From positions 34,662 through 58,661 of the forward strand of contig NZ_JAMCCO010000001.1 of assembly GCF_023371205.1 (NCBI RefSeq): 24,000 bases of DNA, in the 5' to 3' direction. Under the pieces are notes generated by a model. That model was not told where the DNA came from. It worked only from the letters and a program-made list of their open reading frames with translations, and searched no databases. Source of the DNA: Parvivirga hydrogeniphila (GTDB lineage: Bacteria > Actinomycetota > Coriobacteriia > Anaerosomatales > Anaerosomataceae). Position numbers and translations under genes: made by a program. Below are positions 6,757-15,918 of the stretch, in pieces. Each line of letters begins with the position of its first letter. The stretch's first letter is position 1.

Positions 6757-9228
6757 ATGGATACGGTGGTGACCCCCGACAAGGCCCGGACCCCGCTTCT
6801 CGTTCAGAGGGCGACGCCGCCCGCGTGGCTCGTGTGGAGCGTCGTCGCAGCATTCCTCGTCACGCTCATCGGGGGAGCCTTCTTACTCAAGGCAGAATCC
6901 GAGCAAGAGCGCGCCTCCGTAGTGCGAGAGCTCCAGACCACGGCTGCGTACAAGGTGTCGGAACTCCTCCAGTGGCTCGACATGCACAGGCAGGCGCTGA
7001 CCGTTCTAGGGAGCGCGAAGCCCTTCACGTCCGCCGTCGCCGCGATCACATCAGGCAGCGCAACGGCGGCAGACGAGGCTCTCGTGAAAGACCACCTGGC
7101 GTCGTTCAAAGTCCGATACGGGTGCACCGACGCCCGGATCACCGATGCTGAGGGTCGTCCGATCCTTGCACCGTATGCCGTAGACGCCCATGTGGCGCCG
7201 TCGCTTCGGGATGCGATCGAGCGCGCCGTGGCTTCGCGGGAAGTGGCGTTCTCGACCATCCATCGCTCCTCGCCTGATGAGCCGCCGCACGTCGATTTCG
7301 TGGTACCCCTCCCCGAGTATTCGGCCGGACGACCAACGGCGCTCCTCGTTGCGAGCGTACGCGCAGACGACTTCCTGTATCCGCTGATCGGCACGTGGCC
7401 GACCGCATCCGAAAGCGCAGAGACCCTGCTTCTCGAGCGCGACGGTGACGCGGCACAGATACTCACACCGCTCCGTCACGCGAGCAATCCGCCGCTTTCT
7501 AAGTCGATCGACCGCGCGTCCGGGTCTGTGGAGGCCCTCGCTGCATGGGGGGCGAGCGGGATCCTTGAAGGACGCGACTACCGCGGCGTCCGGGTCATCG
7601 CCTTCGCGGAGAAGCTGGAAGGCACGCCGTGGGTGCTCCTCGCAAAGGTAGACCGGGCGGAGGCGCTGGCCGCCTGGCGGTCCGAGGAGGCCGCCATGCT
7701 CCTCGTCATCGCCCTGCTCGAGATCACGATAGTGGGCAGCAGCGTGGGACTGTGGTCCCGGTGGCTGGCAGCGAGGCGGAGAGTCGACGCGCAGCGGCTC
7801 GCGACGGTGCTGGAGACTCTGCGATCCAGGCCCAGCTCGACCCACGATCTGCTGGTGCGCCTCCTCCGCGCAGTCATGGACAGAACGGGAAGCCCGGCCG
7901 GTGCGGTGTACCGGTACGACGCGGAGCGCGACCGTATGCGCCCCGAGGTCCGGCTGAGCGACAGCATCGTCCAGCCCGGACCGCCGGATGTGCGCTCGAT
8001 CGACTGGATCCCCACCGCAGAGATCGGCGCCTGGGCAGAACCGCTCGCGTCAGGTGAGCCGCTCATCATCAATAGGGACGCGGACCGGGCGCTTGAAGCG
8101 CGCGGTCACCCTCGGCACCACCTTCCGCTTTCCACCTTCCTCGCGGTGCCGGTCGTTGTGGACGGAACGCCGGTCGCAGTGGCCGGGCTTGCCAACAGGG
8201 CTTCCGGTTACGACGAGCAGGACGCGGTCGAGCTCGCTCTGGTGTTCGAGGCCGCCTGGCACGAGGTCGAGCGGCTTCGTGCGCTCGAGGAGCTGGAGGC
8301 GCTCAACGCCGAGCTCGAGCAGCGCGTCCAAGAGCGCACCGAAGAGCTTGAGACCGCCAACGAGGAACTGCAGGCGCAGGCAGAGGAGCTCGCCGCGTCG
8401 AACGAGGAGATCGCTGCCGCCAACGAGGAGCTGCTCGCCCAGACCGAGCAGCTCAACGCTGCAAACCGCGAGCTGGAAGCGCAGGCAGAGCAGCTCGAAG
8501 AGCAGGCGCGGGAACTCGAGCAGCGCACCCGCGAGCTCGCCGAATCGAATGAGGCCAAGACCCGCTTCTTGCGCACGATGAGCCACGAGCTTCGCACCCC
8601 GCTCAACTCCATCATCGGATTCACGGAACTGCTGCTCCAGGGCCTTGCCGGCCCGCTCAACGACGAGCAGCGCAAGCAGCTCTCGATGGTGAACGCATCG
8701 GGCCACCACCTGCTCACGCTCGTGAACGACCTGCTGGACCTTTCGCGTATCGAGGCCGGCGCGGTCGTCTTCTCACGCGAGCCCATCGACGTCGCCGAGC
8801 TCGTGCGCGACGTGACAGAGACGATTCGGCCAGCAGCTGAAACGAAGGGCCTCGCCCTCGCCTGCGAGGTCCCCGATCCCGTGCCGCCGCTCACTTCAGA
8901 CAAGACCCGGGTCCGGCAGATCCTGCTCAACCTGCTCACGAACGCCGTCAAGTTCACCGACACCGGCTCTGTGTCCGTGATCGTCTCCCGCGACGGCCAC
9001 CGGACCGTCTCGTTCACCGTGAAGGACACCGGCCCCGGCATCCCGAAGGAGCGCCTCGGCGACATCTTCCAGGACTTCGTGCGCCTGCAGGACGGCGGCG
9101 CGCGCGAAGGGACCGGCCTGGGTCTCGCGATAGCCAAGCAGCTCGCGTGCGCCCTCGGAGGGTCCCTTACCGTCAAGAGCACCGTGGGCAAGGGCTCCGC
9201 GTTCACGCTCACGCTGCCCCAGGAGTGA
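6757..9228 (+). CDS. Sensor histidine kinase: TM, extracytoplasmic Cache-like domain, TM, GAF, long coiled coil, HisKA, HATPase_c
   Basis: Track ORF 6757..9228. TM segments lie near residues 22-44 and 313-335. A GAF-like region spans about 350-500. The H-box is RFLRTMSHELRTPLNSIIGF (His610). The N/G boxes are QILLNLLTNAVKFT, VKDTGPGIP and GTGLGLAIAK. Confidence 0.92.
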   Translation: MDTVVTPDKARTPLLVQRATPPAWLVWSVVAAFLVTLIGGAFLLKAESEQERASVVRELQTTAAYKVSELLQWLDMHRQALTVLGSAKPFTSAVAAITSGSATAADEALVKDHLASFKVRYGCTDARITDAEGRPILAPYAVDAHVAPSLRDAIERAVASREVAFSTIHRSSPDEPPHVDFVVPLPEYSAGRPTALLVASVRADDFLYPLIGTWPTASESAETLLLERDGDAAQILTPLRHASNPPLSKSIDRASGSVEALAAWGASGILEGRDYRGVRVIAFAEKLEGTPWVLLAKVDRAEALAAWRSEEAAMLLVIALLEITIVGSSVGLWSRWLAARRRVDAQRLATVLETLRSRPSSTHDLLVRLLRAVMDRTGSPAGAVYRYDAERDRMRPEVRLSDSIVQPGPPDVRSIDWIPTAEIGAWAEPLASGEPLIINRDADRALEARGHPRHHLPLSTFLAVPVVVDGTPVAVAGLANRASGYDEQDAVELALVFEAAWHEVERLRALEELEALNAELEQRVQERTEELETANEELQAQAEELAASNEEIAAANEELLAQTEQLNAANRELEAQAEQLEEQARELEQRTRELAESNEAKTRFLRTMSHELRTPLNSIIGFTELLLQGLAGPLNDEQRKQLSMVNASGHHLLTLVNDLLDLSRIEAGAVVFSREPIDVAELVRDVTETIRPAAETKGLALACEVPDPVPPLTSDKTRVRQILLNLLTNAVKFTDTGSVSVIVSRDGHRTVSFTVKDTGPGIPKERLGDIFQDFVRLQDGGAREGTGLGLAIAKQLACALGGSLTVKSTVGKGSAFTLTLPQE
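8341..8556 (+). repeat. Ten consecutive 21-nt (heptad) repeats encoding EEL-x3-N/A-type units inside the kinase coiled coil
   Basis: The translation reads EELETAN EELQAQA EELAASN EEIAAAN EELLAQT EQLNAAN RELEAQA EQLEEQA RELEQRT RELAESN, immediately before the HisKA H-box. Confidence 0.8.
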
Positions 9229-9248
9229 GGCGGCCCTGACGGGCCGCC
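9229..9248. terminator. Hairpin between the convergent kinase and copA genes (possible bidirectional terminator)
   Basis: GGCGGCCC-TGAC-GGGCCGCC: an 8-bp GC stem with a 4-nt loop, starting 1 nt after the kinase stop and ending 10 nt before the copA stop. There is no clear U-tract. Confidence 0.45.
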
Positions 9249-9257
9249 CCTCGTTGC

Positions 9258-11618
9258 CTACCGGACGCTCGGCTTGAACCGCTTCAGCATGAGCGAGCTC
9301 GTCACCACGCTGACGCTCGAGAGCGCCATCGCAGCGCCTGCGATCTCGGGCCGCAGCAGACCCAGTGCCGCTACCGGAATGCCGAGCGTGTTGTACCCCA
9401 GCGCCCAGACGAAGTTCTGCCGGATCTTCCGCATCGTCGCCTTGGAAAGCTCGAAGGCTGACACCACGTCGCGCAGGTCGTTTCGGACCAGCACCACATC
9501 GCCCGCTTCGAGCGCGACGTCAGTTCCGGCCCCCATCGCGATGCCCACGTCCGCTTGCGCCAGAGCGGGGGTGTCGTTGATGCCGTCCCCGACCATCGCC
9601 ACCACGCGGCCTTCGTCCTGCAGCCTGGCGACCTCGCTCGCCTTGCGCTCCGGCATGACCTCGGCGAGCACACGCTTCGGGTCGATGCCTGCCTGCTCGG
9701 CGATCGCGCGGGCAGTGCGAGCGTTGTCACCGGTGATCATGTAGACCTCGCGGCCTGAGCTTTCGAGCAACCGGACGACCTCGCGGCTCTCCGGCTTGAT
9801 GGTGTCCGCGACAGCGATCAGCCCTGCCAGGCGTCCGTCGACCGCCACGAGAAGGACGGTCTCGCCGCTGTCCTCGAACGCCTCCACGCTCGCCTCAGCC
9901 CGCGAAAGGTCGATGCCCTCCTCTGCGAGCAGCTTCCGCGTGCCGCACACGACGCGCACGCCCTCCACGGAGCCAGCCACCCCCCGCCCTGGGACAGCCT
10001 CGAACGAGTCCGGCTTGTCGAGAGCAAGCCCACGCGAGCGCGCTCGTTCCACCACCGCATCGGCCAAGGGGTGTTCGGAGGCGCGCTCCAATGACGCAGC
10101 GAGCCGAAGCAGCTCGTCGTCGCTGATGCCGAATGCGAGCGTCCGGGTGACCTGCGGCTTGCCGAGCGTGAGAGTGCCCGTCTTGTCGAAGACGACCGCG
10201 TCCACCTTCTCCAAGCGCTCGAGCGCCTCGGCGGTCTTGAACAGCACCCCGAGCTCGGCGCCCTTCCCGGTGCCGACCATGATGGCGGTCGGTGTCGCCA
10301 GCCCCAAGGCGCACGGGCACGCGATGACGACGACCGCTGTGCCCGCAAGGAGCGCCTTGACGAACGGCGTGACCTCCGCGTACAGGCCGGGGTCCGCGAA
10401 GCGCGGCACGATCAGCAGCCACACCAGGAAGGTCATCGCCGCGGCAGCGAGCACCGCAGGCACGAAGATCGCGGAGATGCGGTCGGCGAACCGCTGCACG
10501 GGCGCTTTCGAGCCTTGCGCCTGCTCCACGAGGCGCACGATCTGCGCAAGCATCGTGTCACGACCGACCTTGGTGGCACGCATCGTGAACGACCCCAGCT
10601 TGTTCACCGTGGCGCCGATCACCGCGTCCCCGGGGTTCTTCTCGACGGGGATCGATTCGCCAGTGAGCATCGACTCGTCCACTGACGAACGCCCCTCCAC
10701 GACCACGCCGTCCACCGGGACCTTCTCGCCCGGCCGCACCACGATGAGGTCGCCGGGGACGACCTGCTCGATCGGCAGGTCGACTTCCGCGCCGTCTCGC
10801 ACGACCCTTGCGGTCTTGGCCTGAAGACCCATCAGTTTGCGGATGGCATTGCCCGTCCGGCCCTTCGCCCGCGCTTCGAGGAGCTTCCCGAGCAGCACGA
10901 AGGTGATGAGCAGCGCTGCGGTCTCGAAGAACACTGGCTCGTTCTCGAGCGCTGGCACGAACGTCGCAGCCGTCGAGTAGAGGTAGGCCGCGCTCGTGCC
11001 GATAGCGATGAGCGTGTCCATGTTGCCGGTCCGCTGCTTGAGCGCGTGCCAGAAGCCGCGGTAGAACTGCCGGCCGGCGATGAGCTGGACCGGGGTCGCG
11101 AGGACGAAGCCCAGGTACTTGGCCACCATCATGGGGTCCCACATGCCGCCGAATACGCGTTCGAGCAGCGCGGCCAGCGCTCTGGGGACGGTCTCCATGA
11201 ACGGCGGCACCATGGAGATCAAGAACAGCGGCACCGAGAGCGCTGCCGAGAACACCAACAACCGCTGCTGGCGGCGCTCGTGCTCTCGCTGGGCCGCGCG
11301 CTGGACGTCTTCTGCTTCGGATACCGCCCCTGGCGCCGAGGACGCCTCTTCCAAGGGCGCGGCGCCGTACCCGGCCCGCTCCACCGCCTCGACGATCTCG
11401 CGCACGGCCACGACGGCCGGGTCGAACGACGCGGTCATCTTCTCGCTCGCCAGGTTGACGTTCACGGCCTCGACGCCCGGCAGTCTGCTCACCGTCTTCT
11501 CTATCACGGCAGCGCACGCGGCACAGGTCATCCCGGTGAGGGCGAATGCGGCCTCCTCAGCCACCTGCTCCTTTTCGCTCGTCGCATCAGATCTCGGCTC
11601 TTCCACCGGTTCCTCCAT
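9258..11618 (-). CDS. copA: Copper-translocating P1B-type ATPase
   Basis: Track ORF 9258..11618. It has one HMA domain ([13 protein letters not shown]), the TM CPC motif ([12 protein letters not shown]), DKTGTLT, SEHPLA and [10 protein letters not shown]. The annotated ATG at 11618 has no good RBS. GTG at 11606 is preceded by GGAGGA at 4 nt and may be the true start. Confidence 0.95.
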   Translation of the reverse strand: MEEPVEEPRSDATSEKEQVAEEAAFALTGMTCAACAAVIEKTVSRLPGVEAVNVNLASEKMTASFDPAVVAVREIVEAVERAGYGAAPLEEASSAPGAVSEAEDVQRAAQREHERRQQRLLVFSAALSVPLFLISMVPPFMETVPRALAALLERVFGGMWDPMMVAKYLGFVLATPVQLIAGRQFYRGFWHALKQRTGNMDTLIAIGTSAAYLYSTAATFVPALENEPVFFETAALLITFVLLGKLLEARAKGRTGNAIRKLMGLQAKTARVVRDGAEVDLPIEQVVPGDLIVVRPGEKVPVDGVVVEGRSSVDESMLTGESIPVEKNPGDAVIGATVNKLGSFTMRATKVGRDTMLAQIVRLVEQAQGSKAPVQRFADRISAIFVPAVLAAAAMTFLVWLLIVPRFADPGLYAEVTPFVKALLAGTAVVVIACPCALGLATPTAIMVGTGKGAELGVLFKTAEALERLEKVDAVVFDKTGTLTLGKPQVTRTLAFGISDDELLRLAASLERASEHPLADAVVERARSRGLALDKPDSFEAVPGRGVAGSVEGVRVVCGTRKLLAEEGIDLSRAEASVEAFEDSGETVLLVAVDGRLAGLIAVADTIKPESREVVRLLESSGREVYMITGDNARTARAIAEQAGIDPKRVLAEVMPERKASEVARLQDEGRVVAMVGDGINDTPALAQADVGIAMGAGTDVALEAGDVVLVRNDLRDVVSAFELSKATMRKIRQNFVWALGYNTLGIPVAALGLLRPEIAGAAMALSSVSVVTSSLMLKRFKPSVR

Positions 11619-11645
11619 TCACAGGTGGGCTCTCGCCCACTGATC

Positions 11646-13076
11646 TCACTGAACCACTATCTTCCCGAACACCATGCGCATCCCGCAGTTGAACCCGATC
11701 TCGCCCGGCTCCAACGCTGGAAGCGTGATGGTCACGGGCCCCTCGGTCAGGTCGCGAGCGATACCGAGATCCGGTATCTCGACCACCGAAAGACAGCCCG
11801 TGGACTGCGTGAAGGTGATCTCGGCCGGCACGCCGCGCTTGAGCACCACGATGTCGGGCACGTAGCGTCCCGACGAGGTGTCGATGGTGATGCGCTGCAC
11901 TCCGGCGTCTATCGTGGCCGTGCCGGTCACCGACGGCCCGCTCGCGCCGCCTCCGCAGCACGCGCACGAGTACGACGAGCCGGCTGGCGAGCCGGCCGCG
12001 TCCGCCGTCACGGACGTCCGGCCGCCGTTGCCGCCGCGCGACGCAGCTCCGCCCGTCGGAACCGCACGGATCTCGCCGCTCATCATGCCCATCCCGCACG
12101 TGAGGGTGTACGTCCCTTCGGGCAGCGCGGGGAGGTCGACCGTCGTGGTGCTGAAGGCGGCGAGGTCCACCAGCACCCCGGCCTGCGGCACTGCGAGCTG
12201 GGCCGAGCATGCGTTGTCCTCTCGCCGGTCGACGACGAGCCGCACCGGCCTGCCTGCAGGCACCTCGATGGTCTGGGGCTTGAACTGCACGTTCTCGATC
12301 ACCAGCGACACTTCGGCCACACCGTCGGCTGCGACTGCGTAGGTGCTGCTCGACGAGCTCGGTCCGGTCACCGCGCTCGCGATTCGCGAGAACGACACCG
12401 GCGAGCCGATCAGATTGAGCCCTCGGTCCAGCATCACGAGCCCGAGCACCGCGACCAGCACGGCGGCGAACGCCATCATCCTGCGCTTGAACTGCGCGGA
12501 GAGCAGCCCTGATGCCGCTCCGAAGCCGAGCATCAGGGGCATCGTTCCCAGTCCGAAGCCGAGCATCGCAAGCGCGCCGCCCGCCGCCGAGCCCGCACCT
12601 GCGGCCGCGATCTGCGCCGAGAGCAGCGGACCGCACGGCATGAGCCCCGTCATCAGCCCGAACACCGCCGGCGTGGCCAGGCTCGTCTCGGTCCCACCGC
12701 TCCTGCTGGTGCGACGGAGCCGGCCGAGCGCGTTCATGAGCGGTCTGGGCATGCGCGGCACGAGCCGGGTCAACGCCGGGAACTTGCCCGTCATCTGGAG
12801 ACCGAGCAACACCATGATGATCCCGGCCGCGACGGTGACCCACCCGCGGAAGCGGCCGAGCCCCAACAGCCCTCCGATGGAGCCCATCAGAAGGCCGACC
12901 AGGACGTAGCTGGTCAAGCGTGCAGATTGGTACACGACGTGAGGTACGAGGCGTCCCACGCCGCTCGCGCCGTCGGCGCCCCGCACAGCATAGGTGAGCA
13001 CGAGCGGACCGCACATCGCCACGCAGTGCACGCTCGTGGCGAGTCCGATGCCCACCATGGGCCAGAACAGATTCAT
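11646..13076 (-). CDS. DsbD_2-type membrane domain fused to two cupredoxin-like (Cupredoxin_1-type) domains; metal-handling partner of CopA
   Basis: Track ORF 11646..13115. I place the start at ATG 13076 (MNLFWPMVGIG) because of AGAGGAGGA 4 nt upstream. The membrane half carries VHCVAMCGP and LMPCGPL. The two C-terminal beta domains end in TLTCGMGMMSGEIRAV and GFNCGMRMVFGKIVV. The linker contains SCACCGGG. Confidence 0.85.
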   Translation of the reverse strand: MNLFWPMVGIGLATSVHCVAMCGPLVLTYAVRGADGASGVGRLVPHVVYQSARLTSYVLVGLLMGSIGGLLGLGRFRGWVTVAAGIIMVLLGLQMTGKFPALTRLVPRMPRPLMNALGRLRRTSRSGGTETSLATPAVFGLMTGLMPCGPLLSAQIAAAGAGSAAGGALAMLGFGLGTMPLMLGFGAASGLLSAQFKRRMMAFAAVLVAVLGLVMLDRGLNLIGSPVSFSRIASAVTGPSSSSSTYAVAADGVAEVSLVIENVQFKPQTIEVPAGRPVRLVVDRREDNACSAQLAVPQAGVLVDLAAFSTTTVDLPALPEGTYTLTCGMGMMSGEIRAVPTGGAASRGGNGGRTSVTADAAGSPAGSSYSCACCGGGASGPSVTGTATIDAGVQRITIDTSSGRYVPDIVVLKRGVPAEITFTQSTGCLSVVEIPDLGIARDLTEGPVTITLPALEPGEIGFNCGMRMVFGKIVVQ

Positions 13077-13146
13077 GCTTCCTCCTCTGGAAAGAGACAG
13101 GCCGTATTCCCGCACTCACGAAGCGCGGCACGCAGAGGAGGAGCTA

Positions 13147-13551
13147 TCAGATCACAAGACGACAGAAGCGCGGATCCGGAGGTGGAGATGGCGGCGCGTC
13201 GGTGCGCTGCGCGAAGGGCACGGCGCGCTCGAGCGCAGCAAGAGCATGCGGCGCCGCGCAGGTCGCGACCGACCATCGGGGGCCGTCGACGCGTGCGTTC
13301 GACACCGACACCGCCGGCTGCTCGTGCCGCATGACGCTCTCGTCGCACGATGGCCCTCCGGCGCGGTCGTCGGCACCCTGGCCGCACGCGCTCTTGAATC
13401 GGCTGCTCGCCCGCTCAGACGGCGCTGACGGATGCGAGCACGCGGGCCCGTTGCACTCCGGCATCGTGCATATCGGGACGACGACGGAAACGAGCAGCGC
13501 CGCTAAGACGAGCACTGCTGCCGCATGCGAGCGTGTTCGGTGACCAGGCAT
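13147..13551 (-). CDS. Hypothetical Cys-rich protein with an N-terminal signal/anchor helix (134 aa)
   Basis: Inner part of track ORF 13147..13746. The ATG at 13551 overlaps the panD stop (TGATG). The peptide begins [41 protein letters not shown]... and has 8 Cys in total. Third-position GC is about 78% by my hand count, which is consistent with coding. No family recognised. Confidence 0.5.
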   Translation of the reverse strand: MPGHRTRSHAAAVLVLAALLVSVVVPICTMPECNGPACSHPSAPSERASSRFKSACGQGADDRAGGPSCDESVMRHEQPAVSVSNARVDGPRWSVATCAAPHALAALERAVPFAQRTDAPPSPPPDPRFCRLVI

Positions 13552-13952
13552 CACGACGTGGAATCCGCAAACTGCGTGCCAACCTGCACGCTCTCCGTGC
13601 GGACCTGCGTCACGCGATTGCGCTCGTCGACGAACACCACTTTCGGCGACCAAACGCGCGCCTCTGCGTCGTCCAGCATCACGAAGTTCGCGATGATCAC
13701 GGTGTCTCCCGCTTCGACCAGATGTGCCGCTGCACCGTTGACGCACACGACGCCCGAACCGCGCGGCCCCGCGATCGTGTAGGTGCGCAGACGAGCGCCG
13801 TTCGTGACGTCCCAGATCTCCACTGCCTCGCCGACCAGCATCCCGGCAGCCTCGAGCAGGCCTTCGTCCACGGTGATGCTGCCCTCGTACTGCACGTTCG
13901 CTTCCGTGACTGTGACGCGATGGATCTTTCCTCCGAGCATCGTTCGAAGCAT
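13551..13952 (-). CDS. panD: Aspartate 1-decarboxylase (pyruvoyl-dependent)
   Basis: Track ORF 13551..13952. The peptide [37 protein letters not shown] includes the G-S self-cleavage site. GGAAGGGAG lies 5 nt upstream of the ATG. Confidence 0.95.
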   Translation of the reverse strand: MLRTMLGGKIHRVTVTEANVQYEGSITVDEGLLEAAGMLVGEAVEIWDVTNGARLRTYTIAGPRGSGVVCVNGAAAHLVEAGDTVIIANFVMLDDAEARVWSPKVVFVDERNRVTQVRTESVQVGTQFADSTS

Positions 13953-14139
13953 GCTCTGCTCCCTTCCTGGTGCCCGCCGCGGCGCGGTCGAGCCCTGGCC
14001 TGTGGTGTGCAGAGGAAGAATACCTGAGCCGCTCGCACGCTGCAGCCGAACGCCCGGAGGACTACACTAGCGAACGGGAGCGACCGCTTCATTGCGAGGC
14101 GGGCCCCGCTGGGTCCGACAACCAGGAAGGGAGGACGGG

Positions 14140-14943
14140 ATGCGGGTCTCAGGCAAGACGATCGCGGTCACGGGCGGAGGCAACGGCATCGGGCGCGAGT
14201 TGGTGCTGCAGCTCTTGGACCGGGGAGCCCGCGTGGCCGCGCTCGACATCAGCGCGGAGGCGCTTCAGGAGACCGTCCGGCTCGCAGGCTCCCGGGCAGA
14301 GCGGCTCTCCACCCACGTCGTGAACGTCACCGATAGGGCGGCCATCGAAGCATTGCCGGACGCGATCATCGCAGCACACGGCCAGATCGACGGGATCATC
14401 AACTGCGCAGGCATCATCCAGCCGTTCGTGAAGCTCAACGACTTGGACTACGGCGCCATCGAGCGCGTCATGAACGTCAACTTCTGGGGCGTCATGTACA
14501 TGACCAAGACATTCCTGCCCCATCTGCTCAAGCGGCCCGCAGCGCACATCGTCAACGTCTCGAGCATGGGAGGCTTCCTGCCTGTGCCCGGGCAGACGGT
14601 CTACGGCGCGTCGAAAGCGGCGGTGAAGCTGCTGACCGAGGGGCTGCACTCGGAGCTGACCGCCACCACCGTCTCGGTCACCGTCGTCTTCCCCGGGGCG
14701 ATCGCCACCGACATCTCCAAGCACTCGGGAGTGGAGGCTCCTGCGAGCGCTGAGGCAAAGGCCCCGAAGATCAAGACCACCTCGCCGCAGGAGGCTGCCC
14801 GCACCATCCTCGACGGCATGGAGAACGACGCCTACCGCGTCTTGATCGGGAGCGATGCGAAGATGATGGACCGCCTATACCGCCTGATGCCGGAGCGCGC
14901 CGCGGCGATCATCTACAAGCAGATGCGCTCGCTGCTGGGGTAA
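14140..14943 (+). CDS. Short-chain dehydrogenase/reductase (classical SDR)
   Basis: Track ORF 14092..14943. I place the start at ATG 14140 (MRVSGKTIAVTGGGNGIGRE), preceded by GGAAGGGAGGA. It has the TGxxxGIG cofactor motif, NVSS and the YGASKAAVK (YxxxK) catalytic motif. Confidence 0.9.
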   Translation: MRVSGKTIAVTGGGNGIGRELVLQLLDRGARVAALDISAEALQETVRLAGSRAERLSTHVVNVTDRAAIEALPDAIIAAHGQIDGIINCAGIIQPFVKLNDLDYGAIERVMNVNFWGVMYMTKTFLPHLLKRPAAHIVNVSSMGGFLPVPGQTVYGASKAAVKLLTEGLHSELTATTVSVTVVFPGAIATDISKHSGVEAPASAEAKAPKIKTTSPQEAARTILDGMENDAYRVLIGSDAKMMDRLYRLMPERAAAIIYKQMRSLLG

Positions 14944-15123
14944 GCACGCCAGAGCCCCGCGCCTGAACGAGCGCCACAGCACTCGGCATGCGCCCATGGA
15001 TCATCGCGAGCGGTTCATCGCGGGGCATGGATCGGCCTGCCCGCGCAGCAGCCTCCCGCACATGACAGCACCGAACCAGGCCCCGCTGAGAGTCGCACCT
15101 TCTATCCGAGTCCCGCTGGCGTC

Positions 15124-15882
15124 TTACGGCACCAGCACGTTCGCGAACACGAGCCAGGCGAGCAGCGACTTCGCCGCGAGGCTCAAGAACACGTATGCGG
15201 ACTCGCCGAACAGGTAGTCCTTCCACTTCCCGACCTGCTTGTACTGCAAGAACTGGTTGAGGGCGAAGCTGTTGAAGAACAAGAAGATCGAGACGAAGAT
15301 CCAGTACACGAACGAGGGCGTCAGGTCGCTTGCACCCGGCCCCCACAGGTACACCGCGATCGCCATCCACGGGAAGATGCCCGCGATGCACCCGAAGATG
15401 AACGGCGTCCAGTCCGGCTTCCCGGGCTGCTCGTACTTCTCCATCAGCCAGCCGAAGAGGATCATCGACGCGTTCACACCCGCGATGGCCGTGAGTGCGG
15501 CGATGTCGGTGATGCCGGTGATCGATGCGATCAGCACGACCATGAGCGAGGAGCTGAAGGCGTACTCGATCCAGCGGTAGTAGTTGTGGCTCTTCTTCAA
15601 GCCATCGACGTACCCCCTGAATGCTGGCCCGGCGATGACGAAGTGGGCGAGCGCCGACATGAACAGGAAGAGCGCAACTGCATATCCGAGCTCGTACTCG
15701 AAGTAGAGCTTCGGCTGGCTGAACACGCCCGAGCCGGGCCGCGTGTCGAGCCACGACGCGGTGACCGCCACCTTGTACGAGCGAGTCATCACCACGATGG
15801 CCAGACCCTGGGCCAGGTGGAAGAAGCCCATGACGAGGTTGTAGAGCCTGAGCCGCTTGAACCGGGATTCTGTGTCGCTCAT
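15124..15882 (-). CDS. Heliorhodopsin (7-TM retinal protein, inverted-topology rhodopsin family)
   Basis: Track ORF 15124..15882, with AAGGAG 6 nt upstream of the ATG. The protein is close throughout to my memory of HeR 48C12: FFHLAQGLAIV, MSALAHFVIAG, YRWIEYAFSSSLMVVLIA, IAGVNASMILFGWLMEKYEQP, FGCIAGIFPWM, LFFNSFALNQFLQYK and YVFLSLAAKSLLAW. The Schiff-base Lys (K238), counterion Glu (E106) and the two conserved His (H22, H80) are all present. Confidence 0.93.
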   Translation of the reverse strand: MSDTESRFKRLRLYNLVMGFFHLAQGLAIVVMTRSYKVAVTASWLDTRPGSGVFSQPKLYFEYELGYAVALFLFMSALAHFVIAGPAFRGYVDGLKKSHNYYRWIEYAFSSSLMVVLIASITGITDIAALTAIAGVNASMILFGWLMEKYEQPGKPDWTPFIFGCIAGIFPWMAIAVYLWGPGASDLTPSFVYWIFVSIFLFFNSFALNQFLQYKQVGKWKDYLFGESAYVFLSLAAKSLLAWLVFANVLVP

Positions 15883-15902
15883 GGACGCTCCTTTGTCGTG
15901 TC

Positions 15903-15918
15903 AGGTGCGGCCGCACCT
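15903..15918. promoter_or_regulatory. Perfect 16-bp palindrome AGGTGCGGCCGCACCT, 21 nt upstream of the heliorhodopsin ATG (candidate operator or 5'-UTR hairpin)
   Basis: Read directly: the sequence at 15903-15918 equals its own reverse complement. It sits between the heliorhodopsin RBS and the rest of the 252-nt divergent intergenic region. Confidence 0.35.

Noticed and set aside
14944-15123. 180-nt convergent spacer examined for a tRNA (including selC) and for repeats (CATGGATC x2, TCATCGCG x2, a GGTTCA T-loop-like string)
   Set aside because: No cloverleaf can be built around the GGTTCA on either strand. The 8-nt direct repeats are short enough to be chance.
15124-15882. Locally lower GC in the heliorhodopsin gene as evidence for recent horizontal transfer
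   Set aside because: Hand counts of single 60-nt lines ranged from about 47% to 67% GC. A Phe/Tyr/Lys/Asn/Ile-rich membrane protein lowers GC by itself, and no flanking mobility genes or repeats were seen. This is not decidable without genome-wide codon statistics.
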